Shown here piece after piece: positions 8,846 to 18,480 of a stretch of 54,392 nt of DNA. Numbering within the stretch: the first letter of the stretch is position 1; each line of letters begins with the position of its first letter. The notes beneath the pieces are model-generated. The model was not told where the DNA came from and ran no database searches. It worked only from the letters and a program-made list of their open reading frames with translations. Made by a program: the position numbers and the translations under genes. The stretch is taken from positions 1 through 54,392 of the IMG/VR virus record IMGVR_UViG_3300025767_000026; one strand, written 5' to 3'. This stretch comes from a virus (Duplodnaviria > Caudoviricetes).

Positions 8846-8946
8846 TTTTTTGTAATAGGTACACAATTAGGGACTTTCTTGCCTGCTTTGTTTTTTGTTC
8901 CTACCATTTGGTATCCTTTCCAACAAGGGGTGCTTTTCTTTTTCAT
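8836..8946 (-). CDS. 36-aa basic CWKGY...VPNCVP microprotein, not in ORF track
   Basis: Manual translation MKKKSTPCWKGYQMVGTKNKAGKKVPNCVPITKKKK*; ATGA overlap with the endolysin stop; motif recalled from aquatic phage proteins. Confidence 0.8.
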   Translation of the reverse strand: MKKKSTPCWKGYQMVGTKNKAGKKVPNCVPITKKKK

Positions 8947-9410
8947 GAGTTTATTATGCTATACGTTGTTTTTCCTTTGATACGCGCTGCCTTCAGCATG
9001 CGTCGACGGTTATTCTCTGGCGACACATAGCTCACATGAATCCAATCAGGGTTTTCATCATCCCCAAATTCCCAAATTAATTGGTCATAGTCCAGTTCGT
9101 CTTTAATAAAAATAAACATCTCTTTATTAGACATGTGCCCAAAAGTATCGTCAATGTCGATCGCCTCTCCTCGCATGTGCTGGGACGATTTAGCGCCCCC
9201 TATTGCGCGATTAAGCGCCATAGAGCGGAAGAAGCTATTGATTTTAATTGGGCCATCCACGTAAGCCCTAAGCGGCTCAAAAACATTCTCTGCTAAGGTC
9301 TGCATTCTGCGTAACTGTTCCTCGCTAGGGGTATTGTCGATGCCTTGCTTTGTAGCTGTTTGTGAAAACGTAGCTTCTTTATATGAAATATGATCGCTTA
9401 TTTTTTCCAT
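8943..9410 (-). CDS. Peptidase M15A-family endolysin
   Basis: INSFFRS..LNRAIGG...SQHMRGEAID...WIHVSY, providing the H, D, H zinc ligands of M15 peptidases. Confidence 0.9.
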   Translation of the reverse strand: MEKISDHISYKEATFSQTATKQGIDNTPSEEQLRRMQTLAENVFEPLRAYVDGPIKINSFFRSMALNRAIGGAKSSQHMRGEAIDIDDTFGHMSNKEMFIFIKDELDYDQLIWEFGDDENPDWIHVSYVSPENNRRRMLKAARIKGKTTYSIINS

Positions 9411-9575
9411 TTATTCTTCCTTGTCGTTATGTTTAACCATTAGCCACCACTTAGTAGCGGTGTATCCAATAGCTGTAACTGTTAAAACAATTTTTAATCC
9501 TAGTTCAATCTCGGCAAAATTAAGAGCCATAGTAACTGTGTTTATGAGGTATATTTTCAAATCCGTGTCGTTCAT
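9411..9575 (-). CDS. 54-aa putative holin, not in ORF track
   Basis: Manual translation MNDTDLKIYLINTVTMALNFAEIELGLKIVLTVTAIGYTATKWWLMVKHNDKEE*; hydrophobic helix and charged tail, directly upstream of the endolysin. Confidence 0.65.
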   Translation of the reverse strand: MNDTDLKIYLINTVTMALNFAEIELGLKIVLTVTAIGYTATKWWLMVKHNDKEE

Positions 9576-9582
9576 GGCTTAG

Positions 9583-12500
9583 TTAGTTATCTATTTTATT
9601 GTCTTTTTTCTTTTGTTTTTCAACACGCAAAGAGTCTTGATAAGCAAACCACTCTTCCGTACTCATGCCTTTGAGCCTCTCATTCCTCCGTTTTATTTCT
9701 TGTTCTCTATTTGCAGCGCGGGTAGTCTTGGCTTTCTTAATACCGTCGGCTTTTCTTATAGCCTTAGCTTGAGCTTTTATAAGATCCTCCTCTTCAATTG
9801 TTGCTCCAACTTGCCAGTTCTTGTATCCCATTGATAGAGCAATTCTTTGATAAACGCTATTTCTTTCGTCGAAGGCTTCTGAAATGCTGGTTAGCTCATC
9901 GTAAGCTCGATCTAAAGGTATATTTGCTCCAGCTGCCGCGGCTTTGCCTAATACAGAGTATAAAGGGCTGGGCTGAAAACGACCGTCAATCATTAAATCA
10001 AGTCCTCTTTCTGCTATAACGTCTTTTTCAAATCTTTTGGTTCTTAATGCGCTATAGAATTTACTAGCTTTTGATCCAATTGGAGGGGATATGCTAAGGG
10101 CTGTAAACACAACTTTAGCATCATCCTGAAAAAATTCCTTCTTCTCTTGCTGGCGTATGTACTCAAGCACGGTATTTTTAAGAGCAGCCACAACCGCTCC
10201 GCCTATCCCGCTGCCTTTCAAGATAGTGTCTAAGCCGGAGTTAAGAGCTCTCGTATATATATCCTGTGCTTTAGCAGCCTCGATTTCTGCTTCTGTGTCT
10301 GTGAGGGTTTCCTCCTCGTCATCGTCAAAGCCGGGTATTAAAGCAAACAGTGCCCCTTGCAACGAAGAGAATATTGCGTTTTGAACAGCTAAATAATATA
10401 CGGCTCTAGAAATGTTCTCTTTAGGGTCCCCACGTCTGTATGCAAGGTCTAATATAGCCTTCTTGCCTCTTCTAGTATATTGCGCGGCGGTGTTCTGAAA
10501 TGTTAGAATAAGTCTACCCAACACACTAGCTTGCTCTTGAGAAATTAAAGAAGGATCTGATGATTGTTGAGTGCTATCAGATAGCCTAGAAAAATCTTTC
10601 CATGCTTTTTCTTCTGCTTCCTTATCCGTGTATTTTCTTCCTTTTTTGCCGTCTATTACAACAGTTTCGTTTTTATAAGTATTAACCCTGTTTCTATAAA
10701 AAGCTGCTCCACCGGAAGCAATAGCAAAACTATCCGCTATCTGCGTGGGCGTAAACCCTATCTTTAAAAGATATGCTAAAATAGCTTGCGGAGAATTTGA
10801 GCTGCTATTCGCTTGATTGGCTATTTCCGATTCAGACACATCCATTCTTAATCCGCCTCGCCTTTCTTTTAACTTAGGAGAATTAAAAATCATTACCCAG
10901 TCCTTCCAGTATTGTGGTTGATTTGCAAAAGCAGCTGCAGCCTTCAGTGGATTATTGTCACCCCAATTTATAAAGTTTATAGTAGATAAAAGCTGCAATA
11001 CAGCTGATCTGCGGTTAAAGAACATAATAGCGCCTGTAGATCTATTCACCCAGTTATTCCAAGCGTTAACCTGTTTAGAAGACCCGCTAGGGCGGTTTGT
11101 GCCGTTTTTCATTCTATACAGAGAATCTAACATAGCGTCGGCCCACTCATTACCTAGGTTTGCGCGCAACTTGTTCATATTTTCTGGTGAAAAAATAATA
11201 TCCGCGTTAGCTATAAATTCTTTTAAAAACTTCTGGCGACCTTTGCCCTCGGTTAAATTATAAATATCACTTAATAAAGTATCTGCTGTCCAGTATTTAC
11301 TAGGGGATGGCCATCCTTCTTTAAGATTAGTTACTCTTTTTAACTGCCCAACAAAACTAAGCAGCTCAGGGCTCCCCATAATTTCCAGGTTTAATTGCGC
11401 AATTTCTTTTTCTGATAATCCAGGAATGTCAATTCCATTTGATTTCCATAAATATACTCGCAAAGCGTGGTCGTATGTAAAGTCTGTTCCTTTTATTTTT
11501 TTCTTTAATAATTTAGCAATATCAGGATTTTCTTTAAGCAGCATGCTATACAACCTTTTTGCCGACTGTCTAGCCCTGTCAATATTAATAATACCAGCTA
11601 CATAAGGATCCATCAAATTTTCCTCAAAAAACTCGCGATGAGCATCGCCTTCCTTGCCGGATCCCATTAAGCTGTACAATAGGCCCATAAAGTCTTCAGC
11701 TCTAGGCGGAATAAATAAGTTAAATTTACCCTTCCCGCGGCCAGCCTGTCTAGCGCCTATATCAGAATATTTGTTTTGTCGCGGGTCATTAAACTTTTGC
11801 TCTATAATATAGTTAATACCTTCGTTAAGGTTTATGCTCGCTTTTGCAGCAGAAGACGGCGCTTCTTTTCTTTCCAGCACCACCTGAATGGCATCCTCGT
11901 TTTCGCCTATATATTCGGTGTAGTTCCACCCTAAATTATCCGCGAGCTTTTTGCCTAATACAGAATATAAACTAGCTCTGGAGATGCCATCTCCGTGGAA
12001 TGTTAATCTACCGTAATACGTTTGCGCTTTAAGATGATCGGCTACAGCGTTGCCAATACCGGCAAAAACTTTTAAAGGATTAACGCCATCCTCTTTAAAG
12101 CTTTCAGATAAAGCCATTTTACCCTGTCGTCCAGCGGCTACGTCATGAAACATTAATGAAAGAGTAGGTATATCGCTGTAATCTTCTTCGTCTGTTAATA
12201 AAATCTCTATTTCCGCTTTACCAACTTTAAAAGTGTCGGACGTGTAAGACGTAGGGTCCATGCTATCGCCATCAAAATTTGGGTCAAATTCTATATTATA
12301 GCTAGTGTTTAAGCTCGCTTTCCCCATTATGCTACCCTTCGCAAAATGAGTGTAGTAGCTTTTGAGGGCATTTTCGTGCCACGCGGCCGCAAATTCTACA
12401 TTTCGTATGCCGCTAAATTCAATGTTCTCAAAATTGCCATCGTAGCTTTTAAAAGTAACGTCTTTCATCGCAAAAGCAGTTAACGGATGATTATACCTCA

Positions 12501-15500
12501 TCCACGTATCGCTTCCTGGAGCCCATTCGGAGGGCATGTTCTGGCGGAATAGATGACCAATCTTTTTATCTAATGATTTTGCAATTAGTGCTCCCTTATA
12601 CCCGTCAAGCACATTGTTAAGCACGTCCTCGGTAACCTCTTGGTTATTTTTGTTTAGATAAGCCCCAATATAGTTAGTGACTACTATTGCAGGTAGAGCA
12701 TGCTCATATATCGCAAGGCGGCTTGCTCCAATGCCATCTTGTACATAAACTAGCCCGGCCATTCCGCGTAGAGGAGACTTAGTATGCGATGACATAGATG
12801 CAAAAATATTAGCAGCCCCCGTCGAAGCGGTTAGAGACGGATCAAGAGTATTAAAGTGATTTATTAATTTTTCTATAAAAGCCCTATCTCTTTTTGCAGA
12901 TTCATTAATTTCGTTAGCAGCGAGTTTCCCTTTTTTATTAATACGGTTATTATATTCAGGCCCTGAAACACCTTGTCTGCCTCGATTAAACCGCTTGCCG
13001 TTTTTGTGAATATTATACTTTATATTGTTGTCTTTATCTTTACCCTCAACTATTGTAAAGCCGTTTTTCGCTAATATCGGGAAGGCTTCATAGAATTCTA
13101 GGTTAGAATTAAAGATTCTGTAGGGCAAGCCGCTGTTAAAAGACTGAGACAAAAATATTACTAGTTCATCAACGGTTATAACTTCATCCTTAAGCAGGTT
13201 ATTTACCACCGCGATTACAGCCTGCTGATTGTCCCCGTTTTTTATCTTCTCTCCGTTTTTGTCGTAGACCCCTAAGTATTCGCTGTCCAATCCAAACGCG
13301 TTGGCGAATGATCTTCTTGCCGTAATAAAATTAAGCGTTTGTATAAGGTAGTCTCTATTATCTTCGGTTTCAATTGTTTTAGACTTCAATCTTTTTGATA
13401 AAATTTTAAGCCTATTTGCAAATTCATTAAAAAAGATTGTAGCCAACTCCCCCGCTTTTTCCTCTAAAATATTTTCTATATCATATTTTTTAATAATTTC
13501 TAGAATATCTTTTTGCTGAATTTTATTTTTGCTGAGGGGGAATTTCTGCTGTGTAAGCATGTCGTCAACAAAACTAGGCATGGTTTCAACAACAAACCCC
13601 GCCTGCGCTGGGTTTAAATTAATAGAGTACTTAAGATTAAATCCTGCTGGATCACGCTGCAATGCCTCTGTTAATACAATACCAAAGTTAGATACTTCGT
13701 TAACGCTAGGCAATCCCTGCTGGTTTAGAAACTCTTGTAGATTAACGAGGTCGCCATCGTCGTTGGTTTCATTAAGATAGTTTAGCAACATATCAGGAGC
13801 CATCCCTGAAGCAATCATTGCTGCAAATCTTTCTTTTAATTTGCTTTTTGTGGATTTACCGGCAGCAGGATTGTCCCAATATTTAACCCACTCTGCCTCT
13901 GTTATATCTTTTCTGTCAAATACACCTTTTCCTACGGCACCTAGTTCTTTTCCAGCTTCGTAAGTGCTTTCTCTAACCTGGCCAGAGCCGTCTTCTTTCA
14001 TCACTCGTACTTTCCAGTCGTCGATGCGCATGTTTATGAAGTTCTGAGGTATCAGATTATATAAGCCAAAAGAAGATCTTACAAATTTTGCAAAGGTATT
14101 TGTGTACGCAATAGCCACCACCTCTTTTTGTAAATATTTAGTTAGCTCTTTTTCTAAAAAAATGCTTAACTCTTCTCTGAATAATTTTTGCTCGCTTAAT
14201 GATAAATTATATGAATTAGACCCCTGGCGCTTCTCAAATTTAAACTTTGGCGAAGTAGCAACAAATTTAGATAAAGCCTCGTATACTTTCTCTAGCACGT
14301 CGTTAGAGATTAACGTAGGCATTAACTTTCTAGCTTTCTTTAAGAAGTCTACTTTAGCAGGTAGTCCCTCGGTCTTGCTTGCAGAGGAAGGCGTCACGTC
14401 ATCCATCTCAACAGTTGCAGCTTCGGCGTCCCCTAACTCCTGTAGAAACTCATTATCAATACCCAGGGCCTGTACAGCTCCTAGCGCTTTTCTATAAGCA
14501 AAGGCGTTGATCCAGCCATGTAGGTTGTCATTCTTTTCTTCAAAAGTTCCATCTTTAGCTGTGTTAAAATTTATAATATGATTAATTAACTCCGACTTAG
14601 CTATTATAAGATAGTATTCCATGTCAAAGCCCGGAAGTGTTTTAAATGCGGGAGCTCCGGTTTTAGGCTGCGGTCTATCTGCGTACACTTTCATCAATGC
14701 CATGTAAGCATCGCTTTGGTCAAGCACTTCCACTGCAGCTAAAGCTTTTCGCTCTTTGTTACCGCTTTCCCATGCCGATTTATGCTTTTCATATATAGCT
14801 TGTGTGCTTTCTTTCAAAGCTTTGTTACGAGTTACGTCGCTGACATTTATAGAAGCTTTATTATTGTCTTCTTCCTCTTCGGCTCTAAACTTCAGGTTAT
14901 TTCGTCGACTATAGCTAGCTATATATTGCAAAGCGTCTTGTACTGAGTTGATCCCGAACAAATAAGATTTATCACCAAACATAGCTCGGTTAAGGCTATT
15001 TACAAAGGCTTTTATATCATGCAGCCCTCCTAAAGCGCTCCCCTTTAAAGCCCCTATTCTAACAAAGTCGTTAAGCAACTGCATAACCTCGTCCGCATCT
15101 ATGTTGTTGGTGTCCTCGTATTTCCCAGCTGCTTTGGCTCTTTCTTGATAAGCATTAAGCCTGGCCTCAAAAACTTTATACTGATCTGCAGTAAGATTTC
15201 TTTTTGCATAATTTACAATACTGCTAATCATCCTTTTTGCGTCTCCTGCCAATTCGTCATTAACGAATATTTTATTTTGTCGACCGCGCTTATGCGCAAG
15301 CTCATGCAGCGGAGCAACAGAGGCAATAGCCGCCTCTATGTCGCTACTGAAAGCGATCGCCCCCATAACCGCACCATGGTTAACTATAATAAGTCCCGTG
15401 CCAGCAACTTCCTCAGCGCTGTTGTTTGCTCCCATCATCGCTCTATCCGCAAAATCTATGAGCGCCGCTTTTTCCTTATCGCTTAAGCTAGGGTTATCCT

Positions 15501-18453
15501 CAATATATTTTTCAATTTGTTCTAAAGCAGTAAAAGAGGAGTCTACCTCAACGACGCGGATGCCTTTGGTGTTTTTTATTGCATATAGATTAAGACGATA
15601 TGCAGCAAATGCTCTGGCCTGGGATGGAGTGAAAAAACTAGCGTCTCCTCTGACTTTTGCTTGCTCAGCACTAAGATCTTCTGTTTTTATATTAGCCCTG
15701 TCTAGCGCTTTTTTTTCTAGAGCCTTCCGATTTTCCGTAAGACTAGACTCCCGGTCGTTCATAACCTGGCTGTATTCGCCCTCCAGCCTTTCCATGGCTT
15801 TCTTGTTATAGCTCGACCCCGCGTCCTCATTAGCAGCTAAACTCTCTGCGTCTTGGCGAATCTTTTTTGCTTTTCTATTAGCCTCTAAAAGCGCTCCAAT
15901 TTGATCAGGTGTATATTCAGATAAATCTGCAACACTTAGGCTAGTTAAATCCGCGGCTTTTTTAATAAGCTGCCTTTTTCTATCTTTAAGTTTTTGTTTT
16001 TCAGAAGAAGGTGTTGCTGGGTCGCTAAGGTCCCCTTGTATAGACGTAAGCTCGTTCTTTAATTTAGTTAATTCGCTAGCGTCTCCTATAGATTTAAACT
16101 CGTCATGTATAACACTATGCAAGTTACTAGCCATACCTCCTCCAGATAGATACATACTAGAGATAGCTACGTTCGCAACAAAATCTAGATCATACCCATC
16201 AAATATATTTTTGTCTTCACCGAGCACGGTCATGTCGACTAGGTTCTGGGCAACTAATGTTAGCCCCTCCTCCGCTTGTTCCATGGCCACAGCTCCCACT
16301 CCCCCAATGCCAATACCTAAGCTTCTAGCTGCAATCCTGCCAGCGTGTTCCCCTAGTTGTTGTTTAAAAAAAGTAGAGCCGTAAGAGCGCGACATCTTAC
16401 CAATGTTTTTTAATAAATACGTAGCGCCAAGCTTTTCTGCTATTGCAGCAGTGCCACCGTACATTAATCCAGTAAACCCTATTTGCAATTCGCTATAATC
16501 TAACGCGTCCCGGTGGTATTCCAGTTCTTTATTTATCCGGGCTTTTTCAAGCGGGCTAGTTGCCGCGCTAAGCTGCTCCTCTAAAGCACTAATCATCATA
16601 GGGGCATTTTTGCGCCCAATTTCCATTTCTGCTATTTTACTACCGCCTTCCATTGCAAAAAATGCTCCAGCCTGTAAGTTGGCAAATCTTGTAGCAGCTA
16701 CTCTAGCTGCGGCACGTGTGGCAGCAACTTGGGCGGCAGCAGTGGCGCCGGGAACCGATAGCCCTGTTCTCAATAAGCCAATTCCTCCGGAGGCGAGGGT
16801 TGTCGCGGCTGTAACCAGCAAAGAAGGCGAGTTTTGTATGGTAGCGTCGACCACCCACTCGGCAAGAGTCGATTTATCCCCAACTGTAAGAGGCATAGGC
16901 ATCTCATTGCTAATCTGATTTTGCAGCCGCTCGTTGTAATTGACAGCTTGCTTGTTTACTTCGGTAACATAGTCGTAAGCGTCGCTACCCTCAGGCGACC
17001 CCAGGTAATTTGCCATAACAACAAACTGGGCGGCTTTTGTGGCAAACATAGCTACAGGAGCCATTATCCCCGCTTCCAGCATTGCACCCAGTTGATTGGC
17101 TTTGCTGTAGTCTTTAGAGAAAGTTTCATACTCAATATTGCTTAACTCTATCTGCTCTATTTTTTTTCTTCGGACTACATCTCTATATTCGAGCTCTCGG
17201 CCCATTTGGGTTAGCTCAAGTTGGTCTTTTTTTAATCCTTCAAGGTGTAGCTCTTCCAGCTCCTGGGCTTCGATAATAAGTGAATTGTAAGCCTCTATAG
17301 TAGCAGGGTCAGAGTTTGAGTCAACATCTCCCAAGCGATCGAAGCCATCTGCTATATTTTTTGATGAAGCATTGTATTTTCCAACACGGGTTTCATATGC
17401 AGATTTTTTTTCAAGGTAGGGAGAGATTTCATTGTCAAGCTCTGTAGATTCAGTGATGACATTATCAATGTCCCTTTGGCGCCCCGCGAGCCATCTTGGG
17501 TCGTCGGTAATATTAACAGTAGGAGGAACATAGGTTCTCCCATCTACAGTGGTAATTTTATATAGCTCTTCTCCATATATAGCTTCATAATCGCGCTTAT
17601 CCTGTTTTTGTTGGGTTTTAATTCGGGCGCTTGATCCATGGGTACCGTCTATATCCGCTATATTATCTTGGGCCTCTTGAAGTTCGGATGATGAGGATCT
17701 CCTTGCCTCTAGCTGCTGGGCTCTTGATTTGTGTTCGTTAAGAACACCGGATATTAGTTTAGAGTCCGCGAGGTCTGTGTTGAATTTTCCTGTTTCTTTA
17801 TAATTATTATAATCGTCTAAATCTTTTTGGTTGCCGAATAGCGGGAAAGTTTCATATCTATTATCGACAGGGATCTTAGCAAGCTCATATTTCTTTGAAC
17901 TTTCGGCGGCCAAGCCGGCTTTTTCATAGCTAGCCCCTAATTTTTTCCCTTCAAAATATTTGTCGGCAATATCTTTCTGAACTTCTGGGTCCTGTATGGA
18001 GACTTGCCGGCTTGCCGCATGGACTCTTTGATTAAGCGACAGAGGCTGTACTTCATCGCTTCCATTAGAAGCTATATTAGCAGCAAAAGACGTGTCTTCG
18101 ACTTGTACGGGTCTCCCCATCAACGCGGCATAATCATCAAAGTTGTCTGGATGAACGCCCTTTCTTTTTTTAGAGCGGGTTGTTTGGGGAGCGACCCACT
18201 CTCTGCCTGCAGAATTATTTAAAAAGTCATCTTCGTAGATGGTTTCGTTTTTATAAGTAATAAATCTAATTGGCTTCAATGCAGCTGCGTTGGGAACCTT
18301 TGGTGATTCGCTGTCTTCAAATAAAGCATTAGCGCTTTTTATCCACTCCTCAGGAGTTATGCCATCACTTTCTGCTAGGGTCAAAATCTCTTTGCCAGAT
18401 AATTTATCGCCATCAGCCAATGTATATAGTGCATTTGGATCTATCTCGTTCAT
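9583..18453 (-). CDS. 2956-aa multidomain virion/ejection (polyvalent-like) protein with zincin HExxH domain
   Basis: Last and largest of three genes following the tail genes, as for podovirus internal proteins; G/A-rich hydrophobic segments in the N-terminal third; HELAH at 15292-15306; repeated K[AY]S[IL]N linkers. Confidence 0.75.
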   Translation of the reverse strand: MNEIDPNALYTLADGDKLSGKEILTLAESDGITPEEWIKSANALFEDSESPKVPNAAALKPIRFITYKNETIYEDDFLNNSAGREWVAPQTTRSKKRKGVHPDNFDDYAALMGRPVQVEDTSFAANIASNGSDEVQPLSLNQRVHAASRQVSIQDPEVQKDIADKYFEGKKLGASYEKAGLAAESSKKYELAKIPVDNRYETFPLFGNQKDLDDYNNYKETGKFNTDLADSKLISGVLNEHKSRAQQLEARRSSSSELQEAQDNIADIDGTHGSSARIKTQQKQDKRDYEAIYGEELYKITTVDGRTYVPPTVNITDDPRWLAGRQRDIDNVITESTELDNEISPYLEKKSAYETRVGKYNASSKNIADGFDRLGDVDSNSDPATIEAYNSLIIEAQELEELHLEGLKKDQLELTQMGRELEYRDVVRRKKIEQIELSNIEYETFSKDYSKANQLGAMLEAGIMAPVAMFATKAAQFVVMANYLGSPEGSDAYDYVTEVNKQAVNYNERLQNQISNEMPMPLTVGDKSTLAEWVVDATIQNSPSLLVTAATTLASGGIGLLRTGLSVPGATAAAQVAATRAAARVAATRFANLQAGAFFAMEGGSKIAEMEIGRKNAPMMISALEEQLSAATSPLEKARINKELEYHRDALDYSELQIGFTGLMYGGTAAIAEKLGATYLLKNIGKMSRSYGSTFFKQQLGEHAGRIAARSLGIGIGGVGAVAMEQAEEGLTLVAQNLVDMTVLGEDKNIFDGYDLDFVANVAISSMYLSGGGMASNLHSVIHDEFKSIGDASELTKLKNELTSIQGDLSDPATPSSEKQKLKDRKRQLIKKAADLTSLSVADLSEYTPDQIGALLEANRKAKKIRQDAESLAANEDAGSSYNKKAMERLEGEYSQVMNDRESSLTENRKALEKKALDRANIKTEDLSAEQAKVRGDASFFTPSQARAFAAYRLNLYAIKNTKGIRVVEVDSSFTALEQIEKYIEDNPSLSDKEKAALIDFADRAMMGANNSAEEVAGTGLIIVNHGAVMGAIAFSSDIEAAIASVAPLHELAHKRGRQNKIFVNDELAGDAKRMISSIVNYAKRNLTADQYKVFEARLNAYQERAKAAGKYEDTNNIDADEVMQLLNDFVRIGALKGSALGGLHDIKAFVNSLNRAMFGDKSYLFGINSVQDALQYIASYSRRNNLKFRAEEEEDNNKASINVSDVTRNKALKESTQAIYEKHKSAWESGNKERKALAAVEVLDQSDAYMALMKVYADRPQPKTGAPAFKTLPGFDMEYYLIIAKSELINHIINFNTAKDGTFEEKNDNLHGWINAFAYRKALGAVQALGIDNEFLQELGDAEAATVEMDDVTPSSASKTEGLPAKVDFLKKARKLMPTLISNDVLEKVYEALSKFVATSPKFKFEKRQGSNSYNLSLSEQKLFREELSIFLEKELTKYLQKEVVAIAYTNTFAKFVRSSFGLYNLIPQNFINMRIDDWKVRVMKEDGSGQVRESTYEAGKELGAVGKGVFDRKDITEAEWVKYWDNPAAGKSTKSKLKERFAAMIASGMAPDMLLNYLNETNDDGDLVNLQEFLNQQGLPSVNEVSNFGIVLTEALQRDPAGFNLKYSINLNPAQAGFVVETMPSFVDDMLTQQKFPLSKNKIQQKDILEIIKKYDIENILEEKAGELATIFFNEFANRLKILSKRLKSKTIETEDNRDYLIQTLNFITARRSFANAFGLDSEYLGVYDKNGEKIKNGDNQQAVIAVVNNLLKDEVITVDELVIFLSQSFNSGLPYRIFNSNLEFYEAFPILAKNGFTIVEGKDKDNNIKYNIHKNGKRFNRGRQGVSGPEYNNRINKKGKLAANEINESAKRDRAFIEKLINHFNTLDPSLTASTGAANIFASMSSHTKSPLRGMAGLVYVQDGIGASRLAIYEHALPAIVVTNYIGAYLNKNNQEVTEDVLNNVLDGYKGALIAKSLDKKIGHLFRQNMPSEWAPGSDTWMRYNHPLTAFAMKDVTFKSYDGNFENIEFSGIRNVEFAAAWHENALKSYYTHFAKGSIMGKASLNTSYNIEFDPNFDGDSMDPTSYTSDTFKVGKAEIEILLTDEEDYSDIPTLSLMFHDVAAGRQGKMALSESFKEDGVNPLKVFAGIGNAVADHLKAQTYYGRLTFHGDGISRASLYSVLGKKLADNLGWNYTEYIGENEDAIQVVLERKEAPSSAAKASINLNEGINYIIEQKFNDPRQNKYSDIGARQAGRGKGKFNLFIPPRAEDFMGLLYSLMGSGKEGDAHREFFEENLMDPYVAGIINIDRARQSAKRLYSMLLKENPDIAKLLKKKIKGTDFTYDHALRVYLWKSNGIDIPGLSEKEIAQLNLEIMGSPELLSFVGQLKRVTNLKEGWPSPSKYWTADTLLSDIYNLTEGKGRQKFLKEFIANADIIFSPENMNKLRANLGNEWADAMLDSLYRMKNGTNRPSGSSKQVNAWNNWVNRSTGAIMFFNRRSAVLQLLSTINFINWGDNNPLKAAAAFANQPQYWKDWVMIFNSPKLKERRGGLRMDVSESEIANQANSSSNSPQAILAYLLKIGFTPTQIADSFAIASGGAAFYRNRVNTYKNETVVIDGKKGRKYTDKEAEEKAWKDFSRLSDSTQQSSDPSLISQEQASVLGRLILTFQNTAAQYTRRGKKAILDLAYRRGDPKENISRAVYYLAVQNAIFSSLQGALFALIPGFDDDEEETLTDTEAEIEAAKAQDIYTRALNSGLDTILKGSGIGGAVVAALKNTVLEYIRQQEKKEFFQDDAKVVFTALSISPPIGSKASKFYSALRTKRFEKDVIAERGLDLMIDGRFQPSPLYSVLGKAAAAGANIPLDRAYDELTSISEAFDERNSVYQRIALSMGYKNWQVGATIEEEDLIKAQAKAIRKADGIKKAKTTRAANREQEIKRRNERLKGMSTEEWFAYQDSLRVEKQKKKDNKIDN

Positions 18454-18480
18454 ACTTTTTTATTTGAAATTTTATTTAAC

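Noticed and set aside
12265-12279. NFDGD in the giant protein as a crAss-like virion RNA polymerase catalytic loop
   Set aside because: The motif needs three Asp (DxDxD) and the first is Asn here. It sits at the acidic start of a 160-aa linker-bounded module with no recognisable double-psi barrel context. A profile search would be needed to exclude it fully.
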